The translations under genes and the position numbers were made by a program. From an uncultured Vicingus sp. (lineage in GTDB: Bacteria; Bacteroidota; Bacteroidia; Flavobacteriales_E; Vicingaceae): a stretch of 64,000 bases of DNA. The notes beneath the pieces are model-generated. The model ran no database searches, had not been told where the DNA came from, and saw only the letters and a list, made by a program, of their open reading frames with translations. The DNA lies in NCBI GenBank assembly GCA_964371285.1, contig CAYJMI010000002.1, positions 880 through 64,879 on the forward strand, given 5' to 3'. This document shows positions 55,242 through 64,000 of this stretch, piece by piece (the first letter of the stretch is position 1; each line of letters begins with the position of its first letter).

Positions 55242-56882
55242 ATGCAAGATACTAAACCAGAAATCGTACGTAAAGGTAATTTATTAATTGCTTCAAAACT
55301 TAATTTAACTCGTAATGAGTCTAGAGTTTTAGAGTTGGTATTCGCTCAAATAAACCCTTTTGAAGATGTATCATTTCAAAAACAATATAGAGTTGAAGTT
55401 GTTGATTTGGTAAAAATTAAGAAGAATAACAAAGTGTACATGGAGTTAGAAGATATCGCTAATGGTCTAACTTCAAAGAATATTCACTTGAGACAAGAAG
55501 ACGGAAGTTTTGAATTCTTGACGATTACCAATATGGTGAAGTACGATGCCGACGAAGGAGCGATATTCGTTGAGCTGAATAACAACTTGTTGACTTATCT
55601 TTTGAAATCGCCCAAGCAAATTGAATCCGAAAAAAAACAACTGGAATTAAAAGAAAAGAAAGACCGAATAGATGCTTTAAAAACAGAAAAGGCAGGTTGG
55701 GCATATACTTCATACCAATTAAAATACCATTTAATACTTCAATCCAATCATGCTTTACGTTTTTATGAACTACTGAAGCAATATGAATCCATCGGAAAAA
55801 GAGTTTTGTATGTGGAGGAAATAAAAATTTTATTAGAAATAGAAACAAGGTACAATGCGTACGCCGATTTTAAACGAAATGTTATATTAATTGCCCAGAA
55901 AGAGCTGAAAAGTAAAACCGATATTTGTTTTGATTTTGAAGAAATAAAGAAAAGAAGACGTGTTTATGCCATTCGGTTTACCATTTATAAAAATAATAGG
56001 GTAGAGGAGGGGCTTAGTAATAAATCTAAATCTGAACCAAAAGTTGAAAGCTCACAAGAATTTCTAAATAGCAATTTCGATGATACTATTGCCGAGTTAA
56101 AAAAGCTAAAAAAACCATCTGATGAAGAAATAACAGACCAAAAGGCTCTTCAATTAATTAACCGTTTTGGTGAGGAACATATAAGAAAATGTATTTCTTT
56201 ATTGCAAATGGAAGATAAATCGACTAAGAATAACTTTGTTGGATTTGTGATTAAAGCAATAGAAAACAATTGGCTGGATGACAAAATATTAGAAATAGGG
56301 CGTAAGGAAAAAAAAATAGAAAAGAATAAAGAGAAGAAACAAGAAGAAGAACGCCAAAAAAGAGAAGAAGAATACATTGATAACTTATTTGGTAAATATT
56401 GGGAAAACCAGTTAGAATTGCTATTAGCTTCTGTAAATATTGATACAGAAGTTAGCAACTACCTAGAAACCAAAGAAAATTTGAGAGAATATCGGGAGTT
56501 AAAGATAGATTTAGAAAATAGAAACATCTACTCCATGAATTGGTCATTATTTATAGGTTGGTTGCAGGAACAAAATCCTCAGGTAAAATTTCTTACAAAA
56601 GCGGAATTTAAAAACAGATACTATACCAATAAGAATCTAAAACCAGTAGATAAGATAGTGGTAAACAAAAAGAATGATTTACCATTATTTTCACAAGATG
56701 AATTGGTTGGCAGGATTGTAAAAAAAGATACAGTAGAGGATACTTCAAAAAGAAAAGCAACAAAGATTCCTATTTCTGATATTCAAGAACTAGCAAAGGA
56801 GTTGAATTGTTCTGTTGAAGAGGTGATAGCTAAAAATGGATACAATATTGAAGGAGATTTTGCTGTAAAATATGATATCTAA
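55242..56882 (+). CDS. Iteron-type plasmid replication initiator (Rep_3/RepB-like N-terminus, Lys/Glu-rich extended C-terminus)
   Basis: KGNLLIASKLNLTRNESRVLELVFAQINP and YQLKYHLILQSNHALRFYELLKQY are typical of the winged-helix Rep_3 family. The gene is immediately downstream of the iterons. Confidence 0.8.
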   Translation: MQDTKPEIVRKGNLLIASKLNLTRNESRVLELVFAQINPFEDVSFQKQYRVEVVDLVKIKKNNKVYMELEDIANGLTSKNIHLRQEDGSFEFLTITNMVKYDADEGAIFVELNNNLLTYLLKSPKQIESEKKQLELKEKKDRIDALKTEKAGWAYTSYQLKYHLILQSNHALRFYELLKQYESIGKRVLYVEEIKILLEIETRYNAYADFKRNVILIAQKELKSKTDICFDFEEIKKRRRVYAIRFTIYKNNRVEEGLSNKSKSEPKVESSQEFLNSNFDDTIAELKKLKKPSDEEITDQKALQLINRFGEEHIRKCISLLQMEDKSTKNNFVGFVIKAIENNWLDDKILEIGRKEKKIEKNKEKKQEEERQKREEEYIDNLFGKYWENQLELLLASVNIDTEVSNYLETKENLREYRELKIDLENRNIYSMNWSLFIGWLQEQNPQVKFLTKAEFKNRYYTNKNLKPVDKIVVNKKNDLPLFSQDELVGRIVKKDTVEDTSKRKATKIPISDIQELAKELNCSVEEVIAKNGYNIEGDFAVKYDI

Positions 56883-56977
56883 ATAAGTGTATTTTATTAC
56901 CATTATATTTCTACTTCTTACTTCATTTGCTTTTCAAAACTATGTTTATAGAGGTCATTATATGAATACTAAAAAGC

Positions 56978-57076
56978 ATGAATATTTTCAAAGGACAAAA
57001 CCTTATAGACTTTACTGAATACTTCAAAACAAACGAAGATTTCTTAATTTTTCCAAAACTGAAAAATATTTTGTAA
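56978..57076 (+). mobile_element. Remnant of an IS1595-family transposase 5' end
   Basis: Hand translation MNIFKGQNLIDFTEYFKTNEDF resembles the conserved N-terminus of IS1595/ISXO2-like transposases (F-K-G-Q-x-L-x-x-F...F-x-T-x-E-D). It then degenerates and stops after 32 codons. Confidence 0.4.
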
Positions 57077-57227
57077 AATACAATTTATATAGTTACAGTT
57101 GAAATAAAAAATCAATGAAAGAAGGTTTAAAATTAGCCAATCAAGTGTGTTTTTCACCCGACCCGACCTGCCGACACAGAATTTAAAAAAAACCAATGAT
57201 TTGTTAAACCCTGACAGCTTTCGCAAC

Positions 57228-57593
57228 CTACTCCTTATTTCCGACAACCATTTTTCGGTGTTGCAATCCCCAGGATATCATGGCATCTAAAACCGTATTG
57301 AGGTGGTTTCCCGATTTTGTCAGTTTATACTCAACCGTAACAGGTATGGTATTATAAACCGTACGGGTTATAATGCCGTTTGCTTCCAAGTCTTTTAACT
57401 CTTTGGAAAGCATACGAGGTGTAATCTTAGGAATTTCTCGTTCTAGTTCCTTAAAGCGTTTTTTGTCATAAAGCAAAGAACCTATAATGGGCAGTTTCCA
57501 TTTTCCGTTTAACACATTCATAGTATCATTTATGGCTAATACAAATTCCCCAGAACAATTTTTTATTTTTTTTAATTGTGATATTTTACTCAT
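57228..57593 (-). CDS. HxlR-family winged-helix transcriptional regulator
   Basis: GKWKLPIIGSLLYDKKRFKELEREIPKITPRMLSKELKDLEANGIITR. Confidence 0.85.
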   Translation of the reverse strand: MSKISQLKKIKNCSGEFVLAINDTMNVLNGKWKLPIIGSLLYDKKRFKELEREIPKITPRMLSKELKDLEANGIITRTVYNTIPVTVEYKLTKSGNHLNTVLDAMISWGLQHRKMVVGNKE

Positions 57594-57724
57594 TCTATCT
57601 ATTGTTTGTTTATGCTATACTATAGTATATTGCTATACTTTAATATAGTAGTTACTAAAGTATAGCAAAGTTAAGTATATTTGTACCATTAAAAAAATAA
57701 ATCACTAAAAAACTAAAATGAATT

Positions 57725-58621
57725 ATGAGTAAAATGTTTATTACAGGAGCAACAGGTCAATTAGGAAAGTCAACTATTAACTTTCTGCTGCAAAAAGGAG
57801 TTGCAGCAAATCAAATTTCGGTTTTGGCAAGAGATGAGATTAAGTCAGCAGAACTAAAATCTAAAGGTATTGATGTAAAAATTGGAAATTATGATGATTT
57901 GGACTCACTACGTTCTGCAATGCAAGGTATAGAAACCATGCTTCTAATTTCTTCTAGCGAAATGACCAAAAGCAGAGCAGTGCAGCACATTAATGCAATT
58001 AAAGCAGCAAAAGAAAATGGTGTGAAGCATATCATCTATACTGGTTTTATGAGAACCCATGAAGACCCAACATCTCCGCTTTGGTTTATAGCCGAAGATC
58101 ATGTGAAAACAGAAAAATACCTTAAAGAATCCGGTATTAACTATACTATTTTTGCAAACGGTTTTTATATGGATATGTTGATGGATTATGTGGGGGAACA
58201 GATATTAGAAAGCAAAACCATTTTTGTTCCTGCAGGTGATGGAAAAATAAATTTTGTACTGCGTAATGAAGTTGCTGAGGCACTTGCTAACGTGCTAACT
58301 ACAAACGGTCACGAAAATAAAACGTACAACATCGGTATCGAACAACCAGTATCGTTTGGGGAAATTGCGAAGTACATTTCTAAAATTACCGGAGTTGCTA
58401 TCAATTATGTTACACCCGAACCAGAAGCTTATCAACAAACCCTAATGCAACATGGTGTGCCAGAGGATTACGCACGTATGTTTACAGCATTTGCAGTTGC
58501 TTTTGCTGCCGATACTATGAATGTTCCTACAACTGAATTAACTCAACTACTCGGTCGTAAACCAACTTCAGTTCAAGAATTTCTTTTGAAAAAATTTAAA
58601 AAAATAAAAAATGGAAAATAA
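57725..58621 (+). CDS. NmrA/SDR-family NAD(P)H-binding oxidoreductase
   Basis: FITGATGQLGKS Rossmann motif; divergent from the HxlR regulator. Confidence 0.8.
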   Translation: MSKMFITGATGQLGKSTINFLLQKGVAANQISVLARDEIKSAELKSKGIDVKIGNYDDLDSLRSAMQGIETMLLISSSEMTKSRAVQHINAIKAAKENGVKHIIYTGFMRTHEDPTSPLWFIAEDHVKTEKYLKESGINYTIFANGFYMDMLMDYVGEQILESKTIFVPAGDGKINFVLRNEVAEALANVLTTNGHENKTYNIGIEQPVSFGEIAKYISKITGVAINYVTPEPEAYQQTLMQHGVPEDYARMFTAFAVAFAADTMNVPTTELTQLLGRKPTSVQEFLLKKFKKIKNGK

Positions 58622-59009
58622 AAATAAAGTATTACACATTACAGTTTGGATTTTACAAATATTTATGGGGCTAATGTTTCTTATGGTGGGAGGAATGAAA
58701 GCATTTTCGCCTTTAGAAAGCTTGCCACCAGAAATGGCATGGGCACTAGAAAATCCAAACTTAGTTCGGTTTGTGGGTATATCTCAGTTGTTAGGTGCTA
58801 TTGGTTTGATTGTTCCTTCATTGCTTCGGATTAAACCATTTTTAACCCCACTTGCAGCATTAGGGTTTGCCACTATTATGATTCTTGCTATAGGATTTCA
58901 TGCCATGCGTAGCGAAATGGAAGCAATACCTACAAACATTGTATTGCTTCTTGTATTTGCTTTTATTGCTTGGGCAAGATGGAAAAAAGTACCTATACAA
59001 GCTAAATAA
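58611..59009 (+). CDS. DoxX-family membrane protein
   Basis: Four hydrophobic helices, typical size and pattern; overlaps the upstream gene. Confidence 0.7.
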   Translation: MENKNKVLHITVWILQIFMGLMFLMVGGMKAFSPLESLPPEMAWALENPNLVRFVGISQLLGAIGLIVPSLLRIKPFLTPLAALGFATIMILAIGFHAMRSEMEAIPTNIVLLLVFAFIAWARWKKVPIQAK

Positions 59010-59171
59010 TTAACACATTAGCTCCTAAGGGTTATCACTAAACTTATTTTAGGAAATATTATTTTATCGACTAATGGATACTAAAAGTATCTATAAAACT
59101 ACTTTCATCACAAACTAATAAGCTTGATGCGATTCTTTGGAAAAAATAAAATAAATTAAATATCTTTTTTA

Positions 59172-60071
59172 ATGGAAAGAAGAAAATTTATAAAAAATAC
59201 ATTAGCAACAATATTAGCTATGGCTACATTAAACGAACTAAAGGCATTTACGGATGCTTTACCCACACAAAGTAAAAAAATGCCGGTGCTGTTTACCTCT
59301 CACGGAAATCCTATGGATATTCCTGTTTCAAGAAGTGACAGGGAATTTTGGCAAAAGCTTTATGATTTAGGAATTAATCTTCAAAAAAATTATGAAGTAA
59401 AAGCTGCATTGGTTGTATCAGCACATTGGTGTACTAAAGGCACATTCGTAAATGTTTCTCCTGATCAAAAACAGATTTACGACTACTATGGTTTTCCCGA
59501 AGAATACTACAAAGTGTATTACAATGCCAAAGGTTCGCCCGAAATTGCTCACGAAGTAAAGAAAATTGTTCCTTCCGTTTCCGAAACAACCGATTGGGGA
59601 TTAGACCACGGTGCGTGGCCCATGCTGATGCACTTATTTCCAGATGCCAATATCCCAGTTTTCCAGCTAAGTATTGACTATTACGCCAAACCCGAATACC
59701 ATTATGAGTTGGGCAAACAACTAAAATCATTGCGAAACAAAGGGGTGTTAATAATTGGTAGCGGTGCACTCATCCATAACTTGCCATTGGCAATGCAAAA
59801 AATGCGTACAAACAATACTACTCCTTATGGCTGGGAGGCAGAATACGATGCTTGGCTCAAACAACAGATTGATTCCCGAAACTTTGCCAATCTCATTAAT
59901 TACCAAAACAGTCATAAGTTAGGAAAATTAGCCGCACCTACGCCCGATCACTACGTGCCTGTACTTTACAGTTTAGGACTTATGGATAAGACTGATGAAA
60001 TCAAGTATTTTTTCGAAGGTGAGCCAAACATTCCGGCTTTTAGTGAGCGGAGTTTTATTATTGAATCCTGA
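59172..60071 (+). CDS. Class III extradiol dioxygenase (LigB/4,5-DOPA dioxygenase-like) with Tat-like signal
   Basis: MERRKFIKN; PVLFTSHGNPMD; SAHW; GSGALIHNL. Confidence 0.8.
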   Translation: MERRKFIKNTLATILAMATLNELKAFTDALPTQSKKMPVLFTSHGNPMDIPVSRSDREFWQKLYDLGINLQKNYEVKAALVVSAHWCTKGTFVNVSPDQKQIYDYYGFPEEYYKVYYNAKGSPEIAHEVKKIVPSVSETTDWGLDHGAWPMLMHLFPDANIPVFQLSIDYYAKPEYHYELGKQLKSLRNKGVLIIGSGALIHNLPLAMQKMRTNNTTPYGWEAEYDAWLKQQIDSRNFANLINYQNSHKLGKLAAPTPDHYVPVLYSLGLMDKTDEIKYFFEGEPNIPAFSERSFIIES

Positions 60072-60140
60072 AAAGAAAATGTATTGTTATTCTGATAATA
60101 TCCTTGTTTTTAACTAATTATTGACAAAAAAATAAAAAAA

Positions 60141-60824
60141 ATGGAAACAACAACTAGTGTAAATACTAAAATGAAAGTAGAAATTTGGAGCGATGTAATG
60201 TGTCCCTTCTGTTATATCGGTAAACGAAAATTTGAATCCGCATTATCACAATTTGAGCATAAAGAAAAAGTTGAAATTGTTTGGCACAGTTTTCAACTCG
60301 CCCCTGAATTGAAAACCCAACCTGATAAAAATATACATCAGTTTTTGGCCGAACACAAAGGAATGAGCGTTGAGCAAGCCAAAGGAATGAATGACCAAGT
60401 AACCCAAATGGCAAAGCAGGTAGGTTTAGTCTATAATTTTGATACATCCATTGTGGCAAATTCGTTTAATGCCCATCGATTTACCCATTTTGCCAAGCAA
60501 TACGGAAAACAAAATGAAGCGGAAGAACTGCTTTTTCGCTCCTATTTTACTGATGGAAAAAATATAGATGATTATCCAACCCTTATTCAATTAGGTGAAG
60601 AAGCAGATTTGGATACCGAATCTCTAAAAACAGCTTTGGAAAACGGAAGTTATGCTAACGAAGTGCAAAAGGATATTTATGAAGCACAACAAGTAGGTGT
60701 GCGTGGTGTGCCTTTTTTTATTTTCAACAGAAAATATGCGGTATCAGGAGCACAGGAAAGCAAGGCATTTTTGGAAACCTTACGCAAATCATTTAAAGCG
60801 TGGGAAAAGGAAATCCTGAAGTAA
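60141..60824 (+). CDS. DsbA/FrnE-family thiol oxidoreductase
   Basis: VEIWSDVMCPFCYIGKRKFE CxxC motif; GVRGVPFFIF. Confidence 0.85.
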   Translation: METTTSVNTKMKVEIWSDVMCPFCYIGKRKFESALSQFEHKEKVEIVWHSFQLAPELKTQPDKNIHQFLAEHKGMSVEQAKGMNDQVTQMAKQVGLVYNFDTSIVANSFNAHRFTHFAKQYGKQNEAEELLFRSYFTDGKNIDDYPTLIQLGEEADLDTESLKTALENGSYANEVQKDIYEAQQVGVRGVPFFIFNRKYAVSGAQESKAFLETLRKSFKAWEKEILK

Positions 60825-60973
60825 AATTGGAAGTGACAGAAGGAAAAGTATGCACACCCGACAACAAATGTGACTAACATCATCGCAAAGGTTCAAGCAT
60901 ATACGCAATAGATAATTTATAAACTTAAAAATAAACATAGAGAATATTCACAAATAATAAAAACAAATAGATT

Positions 60974-61561
60974 ATGGAAACATTCAAACAAAAAGTATTG
61001 CGTTTTCTTTATCCGTTTATTCGCAAAGCAGGTAATAATGGTAAATTCAGCAAAGTGATAAGTAATGATGATAAAAATTCTGCTAAAATTTCTTTCTATG
61101 AACAAAAGGCAACATTGAGCAATGGAAAACCAATTGACTTTTCTATTTATAAAGGGAAAAAAGTTTTGATTGTGAATACAGCTTCAAATTGCGGTTACAC
61201 CGGACAGTATGCCGAATTACAAGAACTGCATGAAAAAATGAGCGACAGATTGGCTATAATTGCTTTTCCTGCCAACGATTTTAAAGAACAGGAAAAAAGT
61301 AATGACAATGAAATTTCACAATTTTGCCAAGTGAATTACGGTGTAACATTTCCGATAGCAAAAAAAGGAGTTGTATTAAAAAAAGAGGAGCAACAACCTG
61401 TTTTTAAATGGCTCACAGATAGTAAAGCAAATGGTTGGAACAACCATGAACCCGATTGGAATTTTAGTAAATATGTAATTGATGAAAAAGGAAATCTCAC
61501 CTCCTATTTCGGTCCTTCAATTTCGCCTTTAGATAATGACTTTTTAAAAGCAGTTGAATAA
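60974..61561 (+). CDS. Glutathione peroxidase (Cys type)
   Basis: KVLIVNTASNCGYTGQYAELQELH, FPANDFKEQE, FCQVNYGVTFP. Confidence 0.85.
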   Translation: METFKQKVLRFLYPFIRKAGNNGKFSKVISNDDKNSAKISFYEQKATLSNGKPIDFSIYKGKKVLIVNTASNCGYTGQYAELQELHEKMSDRLAIIAFPANDFKEQEKSNDNEISQFCQVNYGVTFPIAKKGVVLKKEEQQPVFKWLTDSKANGWNNHEPDWNFSKYVIDEKGNLTSYFGPSISPLDNDFLKAVE

Positions 61562-61897
61562 TTCATTAAAACACAACCAATATAATACTAAGCTCAAGTA
61601 GAGGTTTCAATCTTTGTAGCAAGTATAGATAATATTAATGTGCTGTTATCATTTTTAAATAAATCTCTAAAATTTTTTATAGAATATACTTTACAAATTT
61701 AGTTCTTCAATAAGAGAACTAAATTTGAAAATAAATATATTTTAAGTTTTAATTTATGATAAACTTTCAACTAAATTCTAATAAACTAATAAATTAAATT
61801 ACTTAAAAGTCAGTATTTTAAATGTTTTTATGAAAGAAAATACACAAAACTTTTTAAGTTATATTAGTTTCTGTAGTTTTGTAGAAAAAAAACTAAA

Positions 61898-62509
61898 ATG
61901 ATTTTTGAAGACCAAATAATAGAAAAAGCTCAAGATTTATTTTTTAAATATGGAGTGAAAAGTATTACGATAGATGATCTTGCAAAAGAGCTAAGGATTT
62001 CTAAAAAAACACTTTATAAATCTTTTAATAACAAACAAGAAATAATAAATATCATCACAATTAAACTAATAAAAGAGCATGAAAATAGTTGTGATAAAAT
62101 TGAAAAAGAGGCAAATGATGCGATACAAGAACTGTTAATCTATATCCATAACTTTAAGTCAATTTTTCAACAATTTAACTATAAAATCATTTTTGAAATG
62201 AAGAAATATTATACCGAATCGTGGGAAATATTTAAAAATTATAAATATGAATTTTTATCAGAAAGGATTAAAAACAATTTAAACAGAGGCATAAAAGAAG
62301 GTTTATATAGAAAAAATATCAATAAAGATATTATTGCAAAATTAAGACTTGAACAAATGCAAATAATCTCAAATCCATTATTGTTTTCTTCTACTGATTA
62401 TAGCACGAAAGAATTGTTCCAAGAATTGTCCTTTCAAATTCTCTATGGAATGTCGACTATAAAAGGACATCGATTAATCAATAAATACTTAGGTGTTGAA
62501 GAAGAATAA
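61898..62509 (+). CDS. TetR/AcrR-family transcriptional regulator
   Basis: IIEKAQDLFFKYGVKSITIDDLAKELRISKKTLYKSF HTH. Confidence 0.8.
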   Translation: MIFEDQIIEKAQDLFFKYGVKSITIDDLAKELRISKKTLYKSFNNKQEIINIITIKLIKEHENSCDKIEKEANDAIQELLIYIHNFKSIFQQFNYKIIFEMKKYYTESWEIFKNYKYEFLSERIKNNLNRGIKEGLYRKNINKDIIAKLRLEQMQIISNPLLFSSTDYSTKELFQELSFQILYGMSTIKGHRLINKYLGVEEE

Positions 62510-62536
62510 CATCAAACAATTATTTTTTAAATTAAA

Positions 62537-63913
62537 ATGATAAACAAAAAACTCAAAAGAAACACTAAAAGAGTGAAAGTGTGCTTAATGTTAGTTGCCA
62601 TAACTTTTATTAATACAGAAAGCTTTGCTCAGCAACAGAATTACACTAACCTTGCCTTAAAAGACCTGTTGCAAATAGCGTTGAATACGAACCATGAAAT
62701 TAAAAAGGCTAAATTAGATGTTGAGAGCGGCAGCTACAGAACAAAAGAAGTATGGGCATCAGCATTGCCCAAAGTAGAGGGATTAGGTGGATTAACTCAC
62801 AACCCTTTATTACAACAAAGTGCATTACCTGGTGAATTTTTTGGACAACCAGGCACAACCATATTGGTAGCGTTAGGTCAAAAATGGAATACCAACATTG
62901 GAGTAAGTGTGTCTCAAGTTTTGCTTAATCAATCTGTATTTGCCGGATTAAAGGCTGCAAAAACTTCTCAGGATCTATATGAGTTGCAATCTTCACTTAC
63001 CGAAGAGGCGGTTATTGAACATATAACTTCTGCTTTCTATGCTATATTAATCCAACAGAAAAAATTAAGTGTGGTAGATACTACAATCGGTAATACACAA
63101 AAAACTTTAAATATAGCTATAACTCAATATGAAAACGGGTTGATAAAAGAAGTGGACGTAAAAAGATTGAAAGTAACGGTTTCTAATCTTAAAAGTCAAC
63201 GTCAGCAATTACAAAATGAGTTGGATATTTTAACCAATCAATTAAAACTGATTGCAGGAATACCAATAGCAGAAACCCTAACACTTGCAAAAACAGAATC
63301 GTTTGAAGAAAAAGCAGCCTTGGCAGACAATGTGAACATTTCTAACAGAACCGAAATGGCAATGTTAGAAACTAAGCAAAAGTTGTTGCAAATAGAATTG
63401 CAGGCAACAAAAGCGGGAAGATACCCTACTCTTTCATTAAATGGAAATTATTCCTATCAAGGGTTGAGTGACGAATTTCCTTATACTGCCGGAGATCAAG
63501 CAAATTGGTTTGATGTAGCCTCTATTGGTTTAGCCTTAAGAATACCCATATTCAATGGATTTTCCACCAGTTCAAAAATACAACAATCTAAAATTGCTAA
63601 TCTGAAAATACAGGAAGACATAGCTTTAACCACCAACCAATTGAATTTTGCTGTTACCAATGCAAAAAACCAAATGGAAAACAGCTTAATTACATTAAAC
63701 ATTCAAAAAGAAAATGTGGAATTGGCAAGAGAAGTAGCAGCGAGTATTAAGGTAAATTATAATAATGGGTTGGCGAGTTTAAATGACTTATTATCATCAG
63801 AAACATCGCTAACAGAATCAGAAAATAATTATCTAATGGCGATGTTAAATTATAAAATAGCCGAAATAGAATTGATAAAAGCAGCTGGAAATCTTAAAAG
63901 TTTAATAAAGTAA
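62537..63913 (+). CDS. TolC-family outer-membrane efflux protein
   Basis: Signal peptide and duplicated outer-membrane-factor repeat pattern; follows the TetR gene. Confidence 0.8.
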   Translation: MINKKLKRNTKRVKVCLMLVAITFINTESFAQQQNYTNLALKDLLQIALNTNHEIKKAKLDVESGSYRTKEVWASALPKVEGLGGLTHNPLLQQSALPGEFFGQPGTTILVALGQKWNTNIGVSVSQVLLNQSVFAGLKAAKTSQDLYELQSSLTEEAVIEHITSAFYAILIQQKKLSVVDTTIGNTQKTLNIAITQYENGLIKEVDVKRLKVTVSNLKSQRQQLQNELDILTNQLKLIAGIPIAETLTLAKTESFEEKAALADNVNISNRTEMAMLETKQKLLQIELQATKAGRYPTLSLNGNYSYQGLSDEFPYTAGDQANWFDVASIGLALRIPIFNGFSTSSKIQQSKIANLKIQEDIALTTNQLNFAVTNAKNQMENSLITLNIQKENVELAREVAASIKVNYNNGLASLNDLLSSETSLTESENNYLMAMLNYKIAEIELIKAAGNLKSLIK

Positions 63914-63933
63914 TTCATCTAACAATAATAAAA

Positions 63934-64000
63934 ATGACAAAAAAATCAAAAAATACACTAATAGTAGCAGTTTCTATTGTTCTGTTTATTACAATCATTG
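63934..64000 (+). CDS. Start of the next efflux gene (probably a membrane-fusion/adaptor protein), truncated by the window end
   Basis: ATG at 63934; MTKKSKNTLIVAVSIVLFITII N-terminal anchor. Function is inferred only from operon context. Confidence 0.35.
   Translation, partial: MTKKSKNTLIVAVSIVLFITII

Noticed and set aside
57044-57247. 67-aa minus-strand ORF
   Set aside because: It overlaps the IS remnant/intergenic region and the 3' end of the HxlR gene. It has no motif and is likely spurious.
1-64000. Search for merA, integrase/transposase genes, conjugation (tra) genes, tRNA and rRNA
   Set aside because: None was recognised in any frame of the track or by eye. Only a MobV relaxase and a short IS1595-like remnant are present. 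The element therefore looks mobilisable rather than self-transmissible within this window.

Overview
Low-GC (about 30%) Bacteroidota/Flavobacteriia-type DNA, judged from T9SS C-terminal sorting domains and TAnnTTTG -7 promoter boxes. It reads as a segment of a large mobilisable plasmid with four blocks. (1) 1-31.1 kb is an almost entirely minus-strand heavy-metal island. It holds a partial P1B ATPase and two CusA/CzcA RND systems, one with its outer-membrane factor fused in frame and one with an embedded SAM methyltransferase. It also has a frameshifted T9SS-tagged multicopper oxidase, many His-rich/HMA/HMBD/DUF3347/cupredoxin envelope proteins, and a di-haem/Rieske/porin operon. It ends with a merA-less ArsR-MerTP-GDCCVxC module and a chimeric TonB-receptor/RecA-like ORF. 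(2) 31.1-52.5 kb is a very AT-rich defence/toxin-antitoxin island. The two most interesting units are a 1518-aa UvrD-helicase plus ABC/OLD-type ATPase giant coupled to a separate Toprim-like DUF4276-type gene, and an uncharacterised three-gene operon centred on a nitrilase-superfamily (Glu-Lys-Cys) protein. The island also carries a zeta-like toxin pair, a DUF2384-like/metallophosphoesterase cluster, a HigA-like/PPP-phosphatase pair and a MobV relaxase with an oriT-like hairpin. HipBA and a 992-aa N6-adenine methyltransferase coupled to a PD-ExK protein complete it. (3) 52.5-56.9 kb is the plasmid core: centromere-like repeats, ParA plus a small RHH-like partner, about 19 iterons of ~21 bp, and a Rep_3-type initiator. 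(4) 57-64 kb follows an IS1595-like remnant and is visibly GC-richer redox/quinone-stress cargo plus a TetR/TolC efflux locus running off the window. No rRNA, tRNA or CRISPR array was recognised. All domain calls come from motif recognition by eye on the supplied translations and my own hand translations; no searches were run.
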